This document shows, piece after piece, positions 47,091-56,396 of a stretch of 64,000 bases of DNA. A program made the translations under genes and the position numbers. The notes beneath the pieces are model-generated. The model saw nothing but the letters and a program-made list of their open reading frames with translations. It did not search any database and was not told the origin of the DNA. The first letter of the stretch is position 1. Each line of letters starts with the position of its first letter. Origin of the DNA: Lentimicrobiaceae bacterium (lineage in GTDB: Bacteria; Bacteroidota; Bacteroidia; Bacteroidales; F082); NCBI GenBank assembly GCA_015061295.1, contig SUWU01000004.1, positions 4,436 through 68,435 of the forward strand. The letters run 5' to 3'.

Positions 47091-48690
47091 AGTCAGTGTC
47101 AGAGTTTATCGTAAACACCAAAAACGAATTAAAGAAAGCGAATAATGTTACTCCTATCTGAGTTTCGAGAGTATCTTCTGTCAACATGGAAAGCATCATT
47201 ATAAGCAAAAACACTATGTACAAATAGTTAATGTTTTTCTTATCAGCAAATAAAGGATAAATCATTGAAAATAAAAACCATATCAATCCTACTACGCCGA
47301 AAGCGACAGTAATAGCAAGATATTGATTATGCGAACGCAGCCTATTCTCTCTTGTCAGTTTTGAATTTGATTTCTCGTAATAATCGTTGAAAGCGACTGA
47401 TATATCGCCTGTTCCGACACCCATAATAGGATTTTCCTTAATAATATTTAACGATGCTTTTATATATTCAACACGTTGAAAGACAGAGCTTCCATTAGCA
47501 TCTCTATCATCAGCATAATTATCGTATGCCACCATTATCTTCATGATACGTGTCTTCAAGCCTGGATTTTCAATATAATTAAAATTAGCTATTCCATTCT
47601 CTATATTCATCACGTCATCATCTGTGAGTTGCGACACGCCTTCTGCATCTTTCCTTAAATCTTTAGATGTGAGATAACGTACCAAAGAACCATATCCATC
47701 GTCATATATGCTATATATCTTCTTATCGCTACGCGCATTCCATGCGTTTATCATCTCATCTATCGAAAGATACATACCAACATAACGTCCATCTTCTATC
47801 CTATAACTAATAGTATCAAAAACATATGGATTTCCCAACTTAGTATGCGTATCTAATTGTTCCACAATAATTTTTTCTGGCGTTCTATATCGATGTATCA
47901 CATCATACAAATAATATATCATCGACAATAATACAATCACAACCACTGCTATCACAGAAATTCTAACTATCATATTTTTGTTTCTCATGATAGATATTAG
48001 CAGAATAGATACTGTTAATATTGATACTATCACAATTCCAATAAAAGACTCCCACAACATTATCTGCCATAAGAACCATAACATTAAGATGACGATGAGA
48101 CCTTTTATCAAAAGATTGTACCTTCTTTTTACGAGATAATAACCCAATATAAATATAGAGAAAACCATACAGAGCGACACTCGTATATGACTCACAAAAA
48201 CAGACAATTCTCTAACATCAACAAAGTCGCGACGGAGATATTTTACGAAGCCAAGTATAGTGACAAAGAAAACCGATGCTATAAAAAACCATAAGACGGT
48301 ATCGGAATGTTTCTTACTCAAAGGCTTCATCGATGACAATATCATAGGAAGAAGCAACAGTGGCAGTTTGATTCTCAGGTCTCTAAAAGCATATTGAAAA
48401 TCAGATGTAAATACCAATCCTAATAGATGCAGCAGATATATCGACACCATAACGACAGCCACTTTGTTATGGATAAAATCGTTAAAACGTGTTTTTACAT
48501 TATAACATATCCCATGAAATAACGATTTAAAAGTAAGGCTTCGCATGTTGATTCCGAGCAACAGCCACAAAGCAAGAAGATAAAACTGCGATACGCTCAA
48601 ACCGAACTTTGAAGTAGGAATGAAGATTGCCATCAATATCAATCCTACTAAATAAAAATAAGTTCCCGTTTTACCGTATTCAACTTTCAT
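47089..48690 (-). CDS. O-antigen-ligase-like (Wzy_C-type) polytopic membrane protein
   Basis: Many TM segments. Large loop followed by LRSHNQYLAITVAFGVVG, typical of the O-antigen ligase family. Confidence 0.65.
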   Translation of the reverse strand: MKVEYGKTGTYFYLVGLILMAIFIPTSKFGLSVSQFYLLALWLLLGINMRSLTFKSLFHGICYNVKTRFNDFIHNKVAVVMVSIYLLHLLGLVFTSDFQYAFRDLRIKLPLLLLPMILSSMKPLSKKHSDTVLWFFIASVFFVTILGFVKYLRRDFVDVRELSVFVSHIRVSLCMVFSIFILGYYLVKRRYNLLIKGLIVILMLWFLWQIMLWESFIGIVIVSILTVSILLISIMRNKNMIVRISVIAVVVIVLLSMIYYLYDVIHRYRTPEKIIVEQLDTHTKLGNPYVFDTISYRIEDGRYVGMYLSIDEMINAWNARSDKKIYSIYDDGYGSLVRYLTSKDLRKDAEGVSQLTDDDVMNIENGIANFNYIENPGLKTRIMKIMVAYDNYADDRDANGSSVFQRVEYIKASLNIIKENPIMGVGTGDISVAFNDYYEKSNSKLTRENRLRSHNQYLAITVAFGVVGLIWFLFSMIYPLFADKKNINYLYIVFLLIMMLSMLTEDTLETQIGVTLFAFFNSFLVFTINSDTD

Positions 48691-48693
48691 AAA

Positions 48694-48727
48694 TCATTGT
48701 TAATTGTACATTATTAATTGTTAATTC
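48694..48727. repeat. Word array R21: ATTGTTA/ATTGTAC/ATTAATT words
   Basis: Encodes the last codons (GINN) and the stop of the S41 peptidase gene on the minus strand. Confidence 0.85.
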
Positions 48728-50372
48728 CTCTTAACAATGTCTCATATTCGTTTTCACCATTAGAATTAAGAAGTATCTCAATAGCACGATTAAGTTCTTT
48801 GTCATTTTCAAGTGTAGATATTATCTTTCCTTTTTGGAAATAATAACGTCCGACAATCTCCATTTTAAGAATTTCTTCTATCTCTTCTCTATTGATAAAC
48901 AAGTCGTTACCTTTATGATTTTTCAGTTCGTTTTCGAGCACATCGAGATAACTTTTGATATTATCATAATAGCCCTCCATTTTGGCTGTCTTAACTAATT
49001 CCTCAAAATCTTTCTCACTTTCAGAAGTATATTTAAACTCTTTATCTTCAACAAATTTCACAAAGTCGTTATATATTTCATCTGTAATTTCAAACTCTTC
49101 AGGTTTAGCTATCGACTTATGTTCTTTGTAGAATTTGTTTGCATATTTAAAGATCATATTTTGAGCATAGAGATGAGCTGTTATTGTAGAAAGCATTTCT
49201 GGTTCTATTTTCACATCAGGTTGAATGCCATGACCTTCATAAACTATCCTTCCATTTGCAGTTTTAAATTGAGGTCCAAGAGTGTCGTTCTTTGTCAAGG
49301 TGTCGTTCTTTGATTTTTTAGAATAATCTATTTCTTGGATACAACGTTTACTTGGGATATAATATTTCGACACTGTCACTTTCATCTGAGTGTTGTAGCT
49401 CATTGGCAAGATATTCTGCACCAATCCTTTTCCAAATGTTCTCTGACCTACTATAACGCCTCTATCGAAGTCTTGTATCGAGCCAGAGACTATTTCGCTG
49501 GCAGAGGCGCTTGCCTCGTTGACGAGTATTGCCAAAGGAATATCAACATCTTCAGGTTCATGTTTTGTATAATAGTTTCTATTCTGTTCTGGTGTTTTAC
49601 CTTTAGTATAAACGACGAGTTTATCTTTAGGAACGAAAATGTTAACAATATCTACAGCCTCGTTGAGCAATCCTCCACCATTACCTCTCAAGTCGATGAC
49701 AAGACCTTTGAGGTCGTTCTCAGATCTCATTTTGAGGAAAGCATCTTTCAGTTCCTTAGCAGCGTCTTTTGTAAATTGGCTGAGAGAGATGTATGCCACG
49801 CCGCCGTCCAACACTGCATAATAAGGTATATTATCAATCTTAATCTTCTCACGAGTCAATGTTTTGGTGATAACATCTTTCTCTCCTTCACGAGATATTT
49901 TCAATGTCACCTGGGAGTTAGGCTGACCTTTGAGAAGCTCGCTCACTTCGCTTACCGTTTTACCTTTAGTATCAACGCCATTGACTTCAACGATAGCGTC
50001 ACCAGGAAGAAGACCAGCTTTATGAGCGGGGAAGTTTTCATAAGGCTCATAGATATGTACGTTACCATCATAAAATTGGATAACAGAACCTATTCCGCCG
50101 TATTCACCCATTGTGAGAAGACGCACATCTTCAATCTCCGACTCAGGTATAAAGACAGTATAAGGATCCAATTCTTTGAGCATCGCATTGATAGCCGTCT
50201 CGTTAAGTTCAGCAGGATTAATCTCATCGACATAATTCATATTGAGGAATCTCAACACATTATTATAAATGTCAATACTTTTAGAAATCTCGAAGTTATT
50301 TTGCTTCTCCTGAGAAAAAGACAATATCGGGAAAAATAATAATACAAGTAATAAAAACCTAAATTTATTCAT
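48714..50372 (-). CDS. S41-family C-terminal processing peptidase
   Basis: PDZ segment (GLLPGDAIVEVNG), DLRGNGGG, ASASEI and GQRTFGKG catalytic motifs. Confidence 0.9.
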   Translation of the reverse strand: MNKFRFLLLVLLFFPILSFSQEKQNNFEISKSIDIYNNVLRFLNMNYVDEINPAELNETAINAMLKELDPYTVFIPESEIEDVRLLTMGEYGGIGSVIQFYDGNVHIYEPYENFPAHKAGLLPGDAIVEVNGVDTKGKTVSEVSELLKGQPNSQVTLKISREGEKDVITKTLTREKIKIDNIPYYAVLDGGVAYISLSQFTKDAAKELKDAFLKMRSENDLKGLVIDLRGNGGGLLNEAVDIVNIFVPKDKLVVYTKGKTPEQNRNYYTKHEPEDVDIPLAILVNEASASASEIVSGSIQDFDRGVIVGQRTFGKGLVQNILPMSYNTQMKVTVSKYYIPSKRCIQEIDYSKKSKNDTLTKNDTLGPQFKTANGRIVYEGHGIQPDVKIEPEMLSTITAHLYAQNMIFKYANKFYKEHKSIAKPEEFEITDEIYNDFVKFVEDKEFKYTSESEKDFEELVKTAKMEGYYDNIKSYLDVLENELKNHKGNDLFINREEIEEILKMEIVGRYYFQKGKIISTLENDKELNRAIEILLNSNGENEYETLLRGINN

Positions 50373-50410
50373 AACAAAAAAATCTAATTCTTAATTCAAA
50401 TGTCTCACCA

Positions 50411-50438
50411 CAACTATCAACTATTAACTATTAACTGA
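50411..50438. repeat. Word array R22: heptamers CAACTAT/TAACTAT/TAACTGA x4
   Basis: Lies immediately 3' of yidD on the minus strand. It is the reverse complement of the TTAATAG/TTGATAG family. Confidence 0.9.
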
Positions 50439-50439
50439 T

Positions 50440-50670
50440 TCAAGGTACAGGATCATAGCCACTTCCACCCCAAGGGTTACACGATAATATTCTTTTTATT
50501 GTAAGCCAACCGCCTTTTAAGGCACCATATTTTTTTATTGCTTCTATCCCATAGTTAGAACAGGTAGGAGTATATCTGCAGTTTCTACCTATAAAAGGTG
50601 ATAATGTAATCTGATAGATACGTATCAGAAGTATCAGTAAGTCAGCTGGTAATCGTAATAATCTTTTCAT
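50440..50670 (-). CDS. yidD: Membrane protein insertion efficiency factor YidD
   Basis: [31 protein letters not shown] signature. 76 aa. Confidence 0.95.
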   Translation of the reverse strand: MKRLLRLPADLLILLIRIYQITLSPFIGRNCRYTPTCSNYGIEAIKKYGALKGGWLTIKRILSCNPWGGSGYDPVP

Positions 50671-50671
50671 T

Positions 50672-51088
50672 TTACAAATAACTATTCTCCAAACGCAAAG
50701 ATAGTTGTTTTATTTTCTTTTCTATCTCTTCGTATGATAAAATAATTGTAGCTGTATAAACAAGAGCGACATCCAATATTTTCTTTTGTTCATCGCATCT
50801 TATCATGAGCTGAGTTTTATTTTTTCTCCACGCTTCTCTGACGAGTCTTTTAACCTTATTACGTTTCACCGCATGATGAAATCTTTTCTTTGACACCGAC
50901 ACCAACAAACGAGGTATCGAGTTATTCTCTTCTGTGTCATGCAGGTAAACAACAACACGAAAAGGGTAAAAGTTAAATCCTTTACCCTTTTCGAATAATT
51001 GTTCTATCTCTTTCTTTTTATGTAATCTTTGTTCTTTTGGCAAGGTCTGCCGAGACATCATATCATGACATCTATTTTCTTCGTTCAT
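50672..51088 (-). CDS. rnpA: Ribonuclease P protein component
   Basis: Basic protein. [28 protein letters not shown]-like motif. Sits immediately upstream of yidD. The start may be an internal Met. Confidence 0.85.
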   Translation of the reverse strand: MNEENRCHDMMSRQTLPKEQRLHKKKEIEQLFEKGKGFNFYPFRVVVYLHDTEENNSIPRLLVSVSKKRFHHAVKRNKVKRLVREAWRKNKTQLMIRCDEQKKILDVALVYTATIILSYEEIEKKIKQLSLRLENSYL

Positions 51089-51094
51089 CTGAAA

Positions 51095-51859
51095 TTATTT
51101 TTTCTTGGCTTTTTTAATTTCGTTATTGATAAACTCTTCTATCGCCATATTCATAGATGGGCACGATGGTGTAGGTGCGCTGAAGTTCAATGTGAAGCCA
51201 GCATCAGTGATAGCTTTGCATGTAGATTGACCGAAACCACCTATTGCAACATTTTCATTTTGAACGAAGTCGGGGAAATTAGCTTTGAGTGAGTCGATAC
51301 CTGCTGGGCTAAAGAACACCAAGATATCGTATTTGTTAATATCCACATGCGACAGATCGGCTGACACCGTACGGAAGATAACTGCTTTAGTAAAGTTAAG
51401 TTTAGCTTCGTTAAGCATACCTTCATAATTTTCAGTGATGAGATTAGAGCTTGGCAGGAAATAATTTTCTTCCTTATGTTTCTTCATCACCTCGATGAGG
51501 TCGGCAAAAGTCTGCTTACCGTAAAAAATCTTTCTCTTTCTGTATTGGATATAACGTTGGAGATATAATGCCGTTGACTCTGAGACACAGAAATATTTCA
51601 TATCTTCTGGGATAGTATAACGCATCTCCTTTGCCACACGGAAGAAATGATCTATAGTGTTACGACTCGTTAAAATGATAGCTGTAAAATCCGTCAATTT
51701 CACTTTCTCCTGACGCAGCTCACTCGCAGTAACATCTTCCAACTTTATAAACTTCTCGAAATCTATACTGACATTATACTTTCTAATAATGGCATCATAA
51801 GGTGTCTTGGTAACGTCAGCAGGCTTTGGCTGCGACAAAAGAATTGATTTAATCTTCAT
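51095..51859 (-). CDS. hemD: Uroporphyrinogen-III synthase (HemD-family)
   Basis: 254 aa HEM4-like two-lobe pattern (ILTSRNTIDHF..VFFSPAGIDS). Conserved Bacteroidota synteny with DUF4271 and rnpA. Confidence 0.7.
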   Translation of the reverse strand: MKIKSILLSQPKPADVTKTPYDAIIRKYNVSIDFEKFIKLEDVTASELRQEKVKLTDFTAIILTSRNTIDHFFRVAKEMRYTIPEDMKYFCVSESTALYLQRYIQYRKRKIFYGKQTFADLIEVMKKHKEENYFLPSSNLITENYEGMLNEAKLNFTKAVIFRTVSADLSHVDINKYDILVFFSPAGIDSLKANFPDFVQNENVAIGGFGQSTCKAITDAGFTLNFSAPTPSCPSMNMAIEEFINNEIKKAKKK

Positions 51860-51925
51860 CTACTATCTTTATTTATCTAACACTAAACCGAAGTATCTCT
51901 TTCAAACACTCATCAATATTATGAT

Positions 51926-52672
51926 TTACAACGTAATAAAAACATCATAAACCAATTTAAACATTACCATGAGGGTCATAACTTCGAGGGTGCAAAGATA
52001 CAAAAAAATATTTACAAAAGAAACCTTTGGAAGCAAACGAATTTCAACAAAAAAGTTAATAAAATGCATCAGATAAATAATAACAATCAACAGCATTGCT
52101 ACTATGCAAAAAAACTTATATGGATAGAAAAACAGAATCATCAAGATGGGAATAAGTATCATGTTAACCATCTCGAGATTAGAGATATTTAAATTAACAT
52201 AGAAATGTAGCACAGTTCCATTATCGAATATCCACACGTAAAATGCCATCAAAAGATAACTTATGACAAAAAATGCCGACACTCCACAAACTATATCTAT
52301 GTAGAAACTAAAGTTATCATACAAAATTTTGTTTGCGCCATAAATCATCATAGTTTTATGTAAAAACAATGAAATCAACAATATAGAAGATATTACAACA
52401 GACATATGCGACAACAGAGACGATGACATAACATCTCTGACATTCTTATCGACAGCAGATTTCTGAAAAGGAGACCTCATCATGTAAAACATCTGCTGCA
52501 TATTAAAATGCTTCCCTATCACTATCATTATCAAGACAGAAAACAAAATCATGAAATTCCAACCTGCACTTACGAATGTGACCTCCCTCTCGACAGGACC
52601 TCCGTAAGCACTTGGCAGTTCTGTGACAAACTTAAAATCATGATATTGTCCGTTGATTATACTGTCGTTCAT
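51926..52672 (-). CDS. DUF4271-like polytopic membrane protein
   Basis: Six predicted TM helices. Position upstream of hemD is typical for DUF4271. Confidence 0.6.
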   Translation of the reverse strand: MNDSIINGQYHDFKFVTELPSAYGGPVEREVTFVSAGWNFMILFSVLIMIVIGKHFNMQQMFYMMRSPFQKSAVDKNVRDVMSSSLLSHMSVVISSILLISLFLHKTMMIYGANKILYDNFSFYIDIVCGVSAFFVISYLLMAFYVWIFDNGTVLHFYVNLNISNLEMVNMILIPILMILFFYPYKFFCIVAMLLIVIIYLMHFINFFVEIRLLPKVSFVNIFLYLCTLEVMTLMVMFKLVYDVFITL

Positions 52673-52690
52673 AAAGACATTTTTTCAATG

Positions 52691-52698
52691 CAAATTTA
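52691..52698 (-). promoter_or_regulatory. Candidate -7 box for the DUF4271-hemD-rnpA-yidD unit
   Basis: Reverse complement taaatttg, 19 nt upstream of the start. Confidence 0.45.
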
Positions 52699-52733
52699 CA
52701 TCTTTTTTCTTTGACTTTTTCAGAATAGATTAG

Positions 52734-52741
52734 TAATTTTG
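52734..52741 (+). promoter_or_regulatory. Candidate -7 box for pta-ackA
   Basis: taattttg, 39 nt before the ATG. Confidence 0.45.
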
Positions 52742-52779
52742 TAGGCAACAAATCAAGTATTCTTTTAAAACATAATATC

Positions 52780-53787
52780 ATGGATCTCATAGAACAAATA
52801 AAACAAAATGCACGTGAAAACAGACAACGCATCGTGCTTCCTGAAGGCGACGAGGAAAGAACAATAAAAGCCGCCGACCAACTCATTGCCGATGGCATCG
52901 CTGATGTCATTCTCATCGGACCAGCCCAAAAGATCAAAGATATGGCTAAAGAGTTTGAGTTGAAAAACATCGACAAAGCCTGTATCGTAGATCCAAAGAA
53001 CAACCCAGACAGAGACAAATACGCCAATTTACTTTTTGAACTCCGTAAGAACAAAGGCTTGACATTTGAACAAGCACAAGAGTTTGCTGAGAACTTCATG
53101 TATCTCGGTGTTCTCATGCTCAAAGCTGGCGACGCCGACGGTTTAGTCAGTGGCGCTCGTAGCACTACAGGCGACATGCTCCGTCCTGCATTGCAAATCA
53201 TCAAAACTGCTCCAGGAGTATCATGCGTATCAGGAGCTTTCATCATGTTCCTTCCTAACGACAAATACGGAACCGATGGCAAGATAGTATGCGCCGACTG
53301 CGCTGTGACACCAGTTCCAACAGCAGAACAACTTGCAGAAATAGCAGTATGTACCGCCGACACAGCCAAGAACATCGCCAAGATAGACCCTAAAGTAGCA
53401 ATGCTCAGCTTCTCTACTAAAGGCTCAGCAAAACATGAAGATGTCGATAAAGTTATCAAGGCAACAGCATTAGCAAAACAGATGCGTCCTGATTTGTGCA
53501 TCGACGGAGAACTTCAGGCTGATGCCGCCATTGTTCCTTCTGTTGGCGCAAGCAAAGCTCCTAATAGCGATGTAGCAGGCAAGGCTAACACATTGGTATT
53601 CCCAAGATTGGAAGTAGGTAACATAGCATATAAACTCGTTCAACGTCTCGCTGGCGCTGAAGCAGTAGGCCCTGTACTTCAAGGCTTCGCAAAACCATGT
53701 AACGACCTCAGCCGCGGATGTTCTATCGACGACATCTATAAGTTAGTAGCAATCACATGTAACCAGGCGATAGCACAGAAACAATGA
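52780..53787 (+). CDS. pta: Phosphate acetyltransferase
   Basis: RIVLPEGDEERT, DGLVSGA, GELQADAA, NDLSRG PTA_PTB motifs. Confidence 0.95.
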   Translation: MDLIEQIKQNARENRQRIVLPEGDEERTIKAADQLIADGIADVILIGPAQKIKDMAKEFELKNIDKACIVDPKNNPDRDKYANLLFELRKNKGLTFEQAQEFAENFMYLGVLMLKAGDADGLVSGARSTTGDMLRPALQIIKTAPGVSCVSGAFIMFLPNDKYGTDGKIVCADCAVTPVPTAEQLAEIAVCTADTAKNIAKIDPKVAMLSFSTKGSAKHEDVDKVIKATALAKQMRPDLCIDGELQADAAIVPSVGASKAPNSDVAGKANTLVFPRLEVGNIAYKLVQRLAGAEAVGPVLQGFAKPCNDLSRGCSIDDIYKLVAITCNQAIAQKQ

Positions 53788-53817
53788 ACAATGAACAATT
53801 GACAATTAACAATTAAC
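53779..53817. repeat. Word array R23: TGAACAA/TTGACAA/TTAACAA heptamers
   Basis: Contains the last pta codons and its stop. Confidence 0.9.
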
Positions 53818-53829
53818 GTATATTAACAG

Positions 53830-55029
53830 ATGAAAATTTTAGTTTTAAACTGTGGCAGTTCTTCTATCAAGTATCAGCTTTTTGATATTGATGACAATCA
53901 GCATACTGTCATGGCAAAGGGTCTCCTCGAGCGTATAGGTCTCGAAATGGGAGAGTTTACTCACAAATGGAATGGCGAGAAATATTACGAACAACTTCCT
54001 ATTCCAAATCACACCGTAGGTATCAGCATAGTTCTCAAAGCCTTGCTCGACGAAAATCATGGTGTCATCAAATCATTAGATGAAATTGGTGCTGTTGGAC
54101 ATCGTTTAGTTCATGGTGGCGAGAAGTTCACCAAGAGCGTCCTCATCGATGGTAGCGTCATGGAACTCATGGAAGAACTCGTTGACCTCGCTCCTCTTCA
54201 CAACCCAGCATGTATGGCAGGCGTGAAAGCTGTCACCGAATTACTACCTAACGTAAAACAAGGAGGCTGCTTCGACACTGCCTTCCATTCAACGATGAAA
54301 CCTGAGGCTTACCTCTACCCTATCCCTTACGAATATTACGAAAAATATCGTGTTCGCCGTTACGGCTTCCACGGAACAAGTCATAAATACGTCTCTGAGA
54401 ACGCAGCTAAATTCGTTGGCAAAGACTGGAAAGACCAAAAAATTATCACATGCCATCTCGGCAGCGGCGCTTCTATAGCAGCAGTACAAAACGGCAAATC
54501 TGTTGATACATCAATGGGCTTCACTCCTGTTGAAGGACTCATGATGGGCAGCCGTACTGGCGACTTAGACCTTGGCGTATTCATGTATATAGCTGAAAAA
54601 GAAGGCTACGACCTTAAACAGATGAACACTCTCGTCAACAAAAAATCCGGCCTCATCGGAATAACAGGCGACAAACAAGATATGCGCGACGTGAGAGCTG
54701 GCAAAGAAGCTGGCGATGAACGCGCGACATACGCTTTCAATATGTTCAAGCATCGAGTAAAGAAATATATAGGTGCTTACGCAGCAGTGATGAATGGCGT
54801 TGACATCATCGTCATGACCGGAGGAATAGGCGAAAACGCATGGTTTATGAGAGGTCCTATACTTCAAGATATGGAATATCTCGGCGTCAAAATCGACATG
54901 AGCATCAACGATGGCTTGATGGGCGAAGCTAAAGTCATCTCAACACCTGACTCAAAAGTTACCGTCGTCGTGTTCCCAACCGACGAAGAATATATGATCG
55001 CTAAAGATACTTACGACCTTGTGAAGTAA
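53830..55029 (+). CDS. ackA: Acetate kinase
   Basis: ILVLNCGSSSIKYQLF, GHRLVHGG, YGFHGTSH, GGIGEN. Confidence 0.95.
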   Translation: MKILVLNCGSSSIKYQLFDIDDNQHTVMAKGLLERIGLEMGEFTHKWNGEKYYEQLPIPNHTVGISIVLKALLDENHGVIKSLDEIGAVGHRLVHGGEKFTKSVLIDGSVMELMEELVDLAPLHNPACMAGVKAVTELLPNVKQGGCFDTAFHSTMKPEAYLYPIPYEYYEKYRVRRYGFHGTSHKYVSENAAKFVGKDWKDQKIITCHLGSGASIAAVQNGKSVDTSMGFTPVEGLMMGSRTGDLDLGVFMYIAEKEGYDLKQMNTLVNKKSGLIGITGDKQDMRDVRAGKEAGDERATYAFNMFKHRVKKYIGAYAAVMNGVDIIVMTGGIGENAWFMRGPILQDMEYLGVKIDMSINDGLMGEAKVISTPDSKVTVVVFPTDEEYMIAKDTYDLVK

Positions 55030-55125
55030 GATGCTGAGTTACTGAGATGCTGAGATGCTGAGTTACTGAGATGCTTAGCATCTTAGCATCTTAGCATCTT
55101 AACATCTTAGCATCTTAGCATCTTA
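55030..55125. repeat. Word array R24: octamers GATGCTGA/GTTACTGA arm and inverted TTAGCATC x6 arm
   Basis: Fills the spacer between convergent ackA and the choloylglycine hydrolase gene exactly, stop to stop. Confidence 0.95.
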
Positions 55126-56196
55126 TAATCTTATCTCCTCCACCTCTTGCGAGTCTTTCTTATCTAAAGCATGATATTGATATTCTACTTTTGAGAAGTC
55201 AATCTCCTTCAAATCTATTTTCCTTATAGCATTATTATAAAAGGTCTTAAAATAAACTTCCTTATTTGTCAGGTCGATGACTGAAGTCCATTGTGTTGCG
55301 CTTGGCATATCAGGGATTTCGTTTTTAGGAAAGTTCATTCCGATAGGAATATCGAAGTTATTTAAGATATGAAAACATTGTAACATCGTCTCTTGTGCCG
55401 TTGCTAAAGTCGGTGCAGTAGCCTTGAAGAAGGCAGCTCTCACGAAGCGAGAAGGCGGCGTAAAGTCACCTGGCAACCCAAGGAAACCATTGCCATGACC
55501 TATTGGATTTACCTTAAACTCATACATCTCTTGCGCAGGAGGATTCACAGGAGTGAGATTGATGTAATTGCTCAGATTGGTAAGATGCCATTGAAAACCG
55601 GGAGCGTTGGTAATCACACCGACAGGATTATCGTAGATATGAACCACGCCTTGTTCTATCTCGATAACGATTTGCTTTCCAGAGCTATCACCGACTCTCC
55701 AATGTATAGCTGCTTCTTTACCATCGCCGCCCATGAGAGAGACGACACGCACCTTATTAATATTAGCCTTTACCTCATCAACAGTAGCAAACTGCGACAA
55801 CAACCACGGCACCAACTGCAAGTCGGATATTGTCGTTGAATTGTATCTCTCATCATAAAGCAGATAACTACCATAATTAGGATAATAGAACAAACCTGCG
55901 GAGAGACCTGCTTCATTGAGACCTTCCGCCACAAACTCCTTCTCTTCCACAGCAAGACCTACATAACCATATTTGGCTTTAAATGTCATTCCATTCTTGC
56001 CCTTAGGAGTGAAAGATGTCTGACTAAAATTACGAGGAACGACGACATAAACGCTGTTAAGATTGGAGCCTGCCCACTCTATAGTCCTCGCCTGAAAATA
56101 AGAGCCATCGGCTGAAAACATCGAGATACCTGTACAAGCATCCGCTTTAAATTGCCATGCTAACAGCAAGCACGCAACAATAAATAACTTTTTCAT
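55123..56196 (-). CDS. Choloylglycine hydrolase family (bile-salt hydrolase / linear amide C-N hydrolase), secreted
   Basis: Signal peptide ending ..KADA followed by the nucleophile Cys (CTGISM). Ntn-hydrolase pattern. Start set at Met13 (56196). Confidence 0.8.
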   Translation of the reverse strand: MKKLFIVACLLLAWQFKADACTGISMFSADGSYFQARTIEWAGSNLNSVYVVVPRNFSQTSFTPKGKNGMTFKAKYGYVGLAVEEKEFVAEGLNEAGLSAGLFYYPNYGSYLLYDERYNSTTISDLQLVPWLLSQFATVDEVKANINKVRVVSLMGGDGKEAAIHWRVGDSSGKQIVIEIEQGVVHIYDNPVGVITNAPGFQWHLTNLSNYINLTPVNPPAQEMYEFKVNPIGHGNGFLGLPGDFTPPSRFVRAAFFKATAPTLATAQETMLQCFHILNNFDIPIGMNFPKNEIPDMPSATQWTSVIDLTNKEVYFKTFYNNAIRKIDLKEIDFSKVEYQYHALDKKDSQEVEEIRL

Positions 56197-56256
56197 AATC
56201 TTTATATTGTTTTTTTGTTGAGAGATAAACAATATAAGATTGAAAAAGTTTTATTC

Positions 56257-56326
56257 TTTGACAATGACTCTGACATTGACATTGACAATGACATTGACAA
56301 TGACATTGACGATGACAATGACTCAG
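56257..56326. repeat. Word array R25: hexamers GACAAT/GACATT/GACGAT
   Basis: Intergenic. Shares a 46-nt exact string with the uvrC insertion. Confidence 0.95.
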
Positions 56327-56396
56327 ATATTAAAAAAAGACGCAAAGACTCTCTATCTCTGCGCCTTTATAAACTCTACAACTTTATCCTTTCACA

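Noticed and set aside
49335-50339. A 334-aa ORF lies on the plus strand.
   Set aside because: It lies entirely antisense to the well-supported S41 peptidase gene. The sequence is low-complexity and Cys/Phe/Ile-rich with no motifs, so it is a shadow ORF.
52638-53501. A 287-aa ORF lies on the minus strand.
   Set aside because: It is antisense to pta (strong PTA_PTB motifs). The Ala/Ser-rich shadow translation is typical of the reverse frame of a highly expressed gene.
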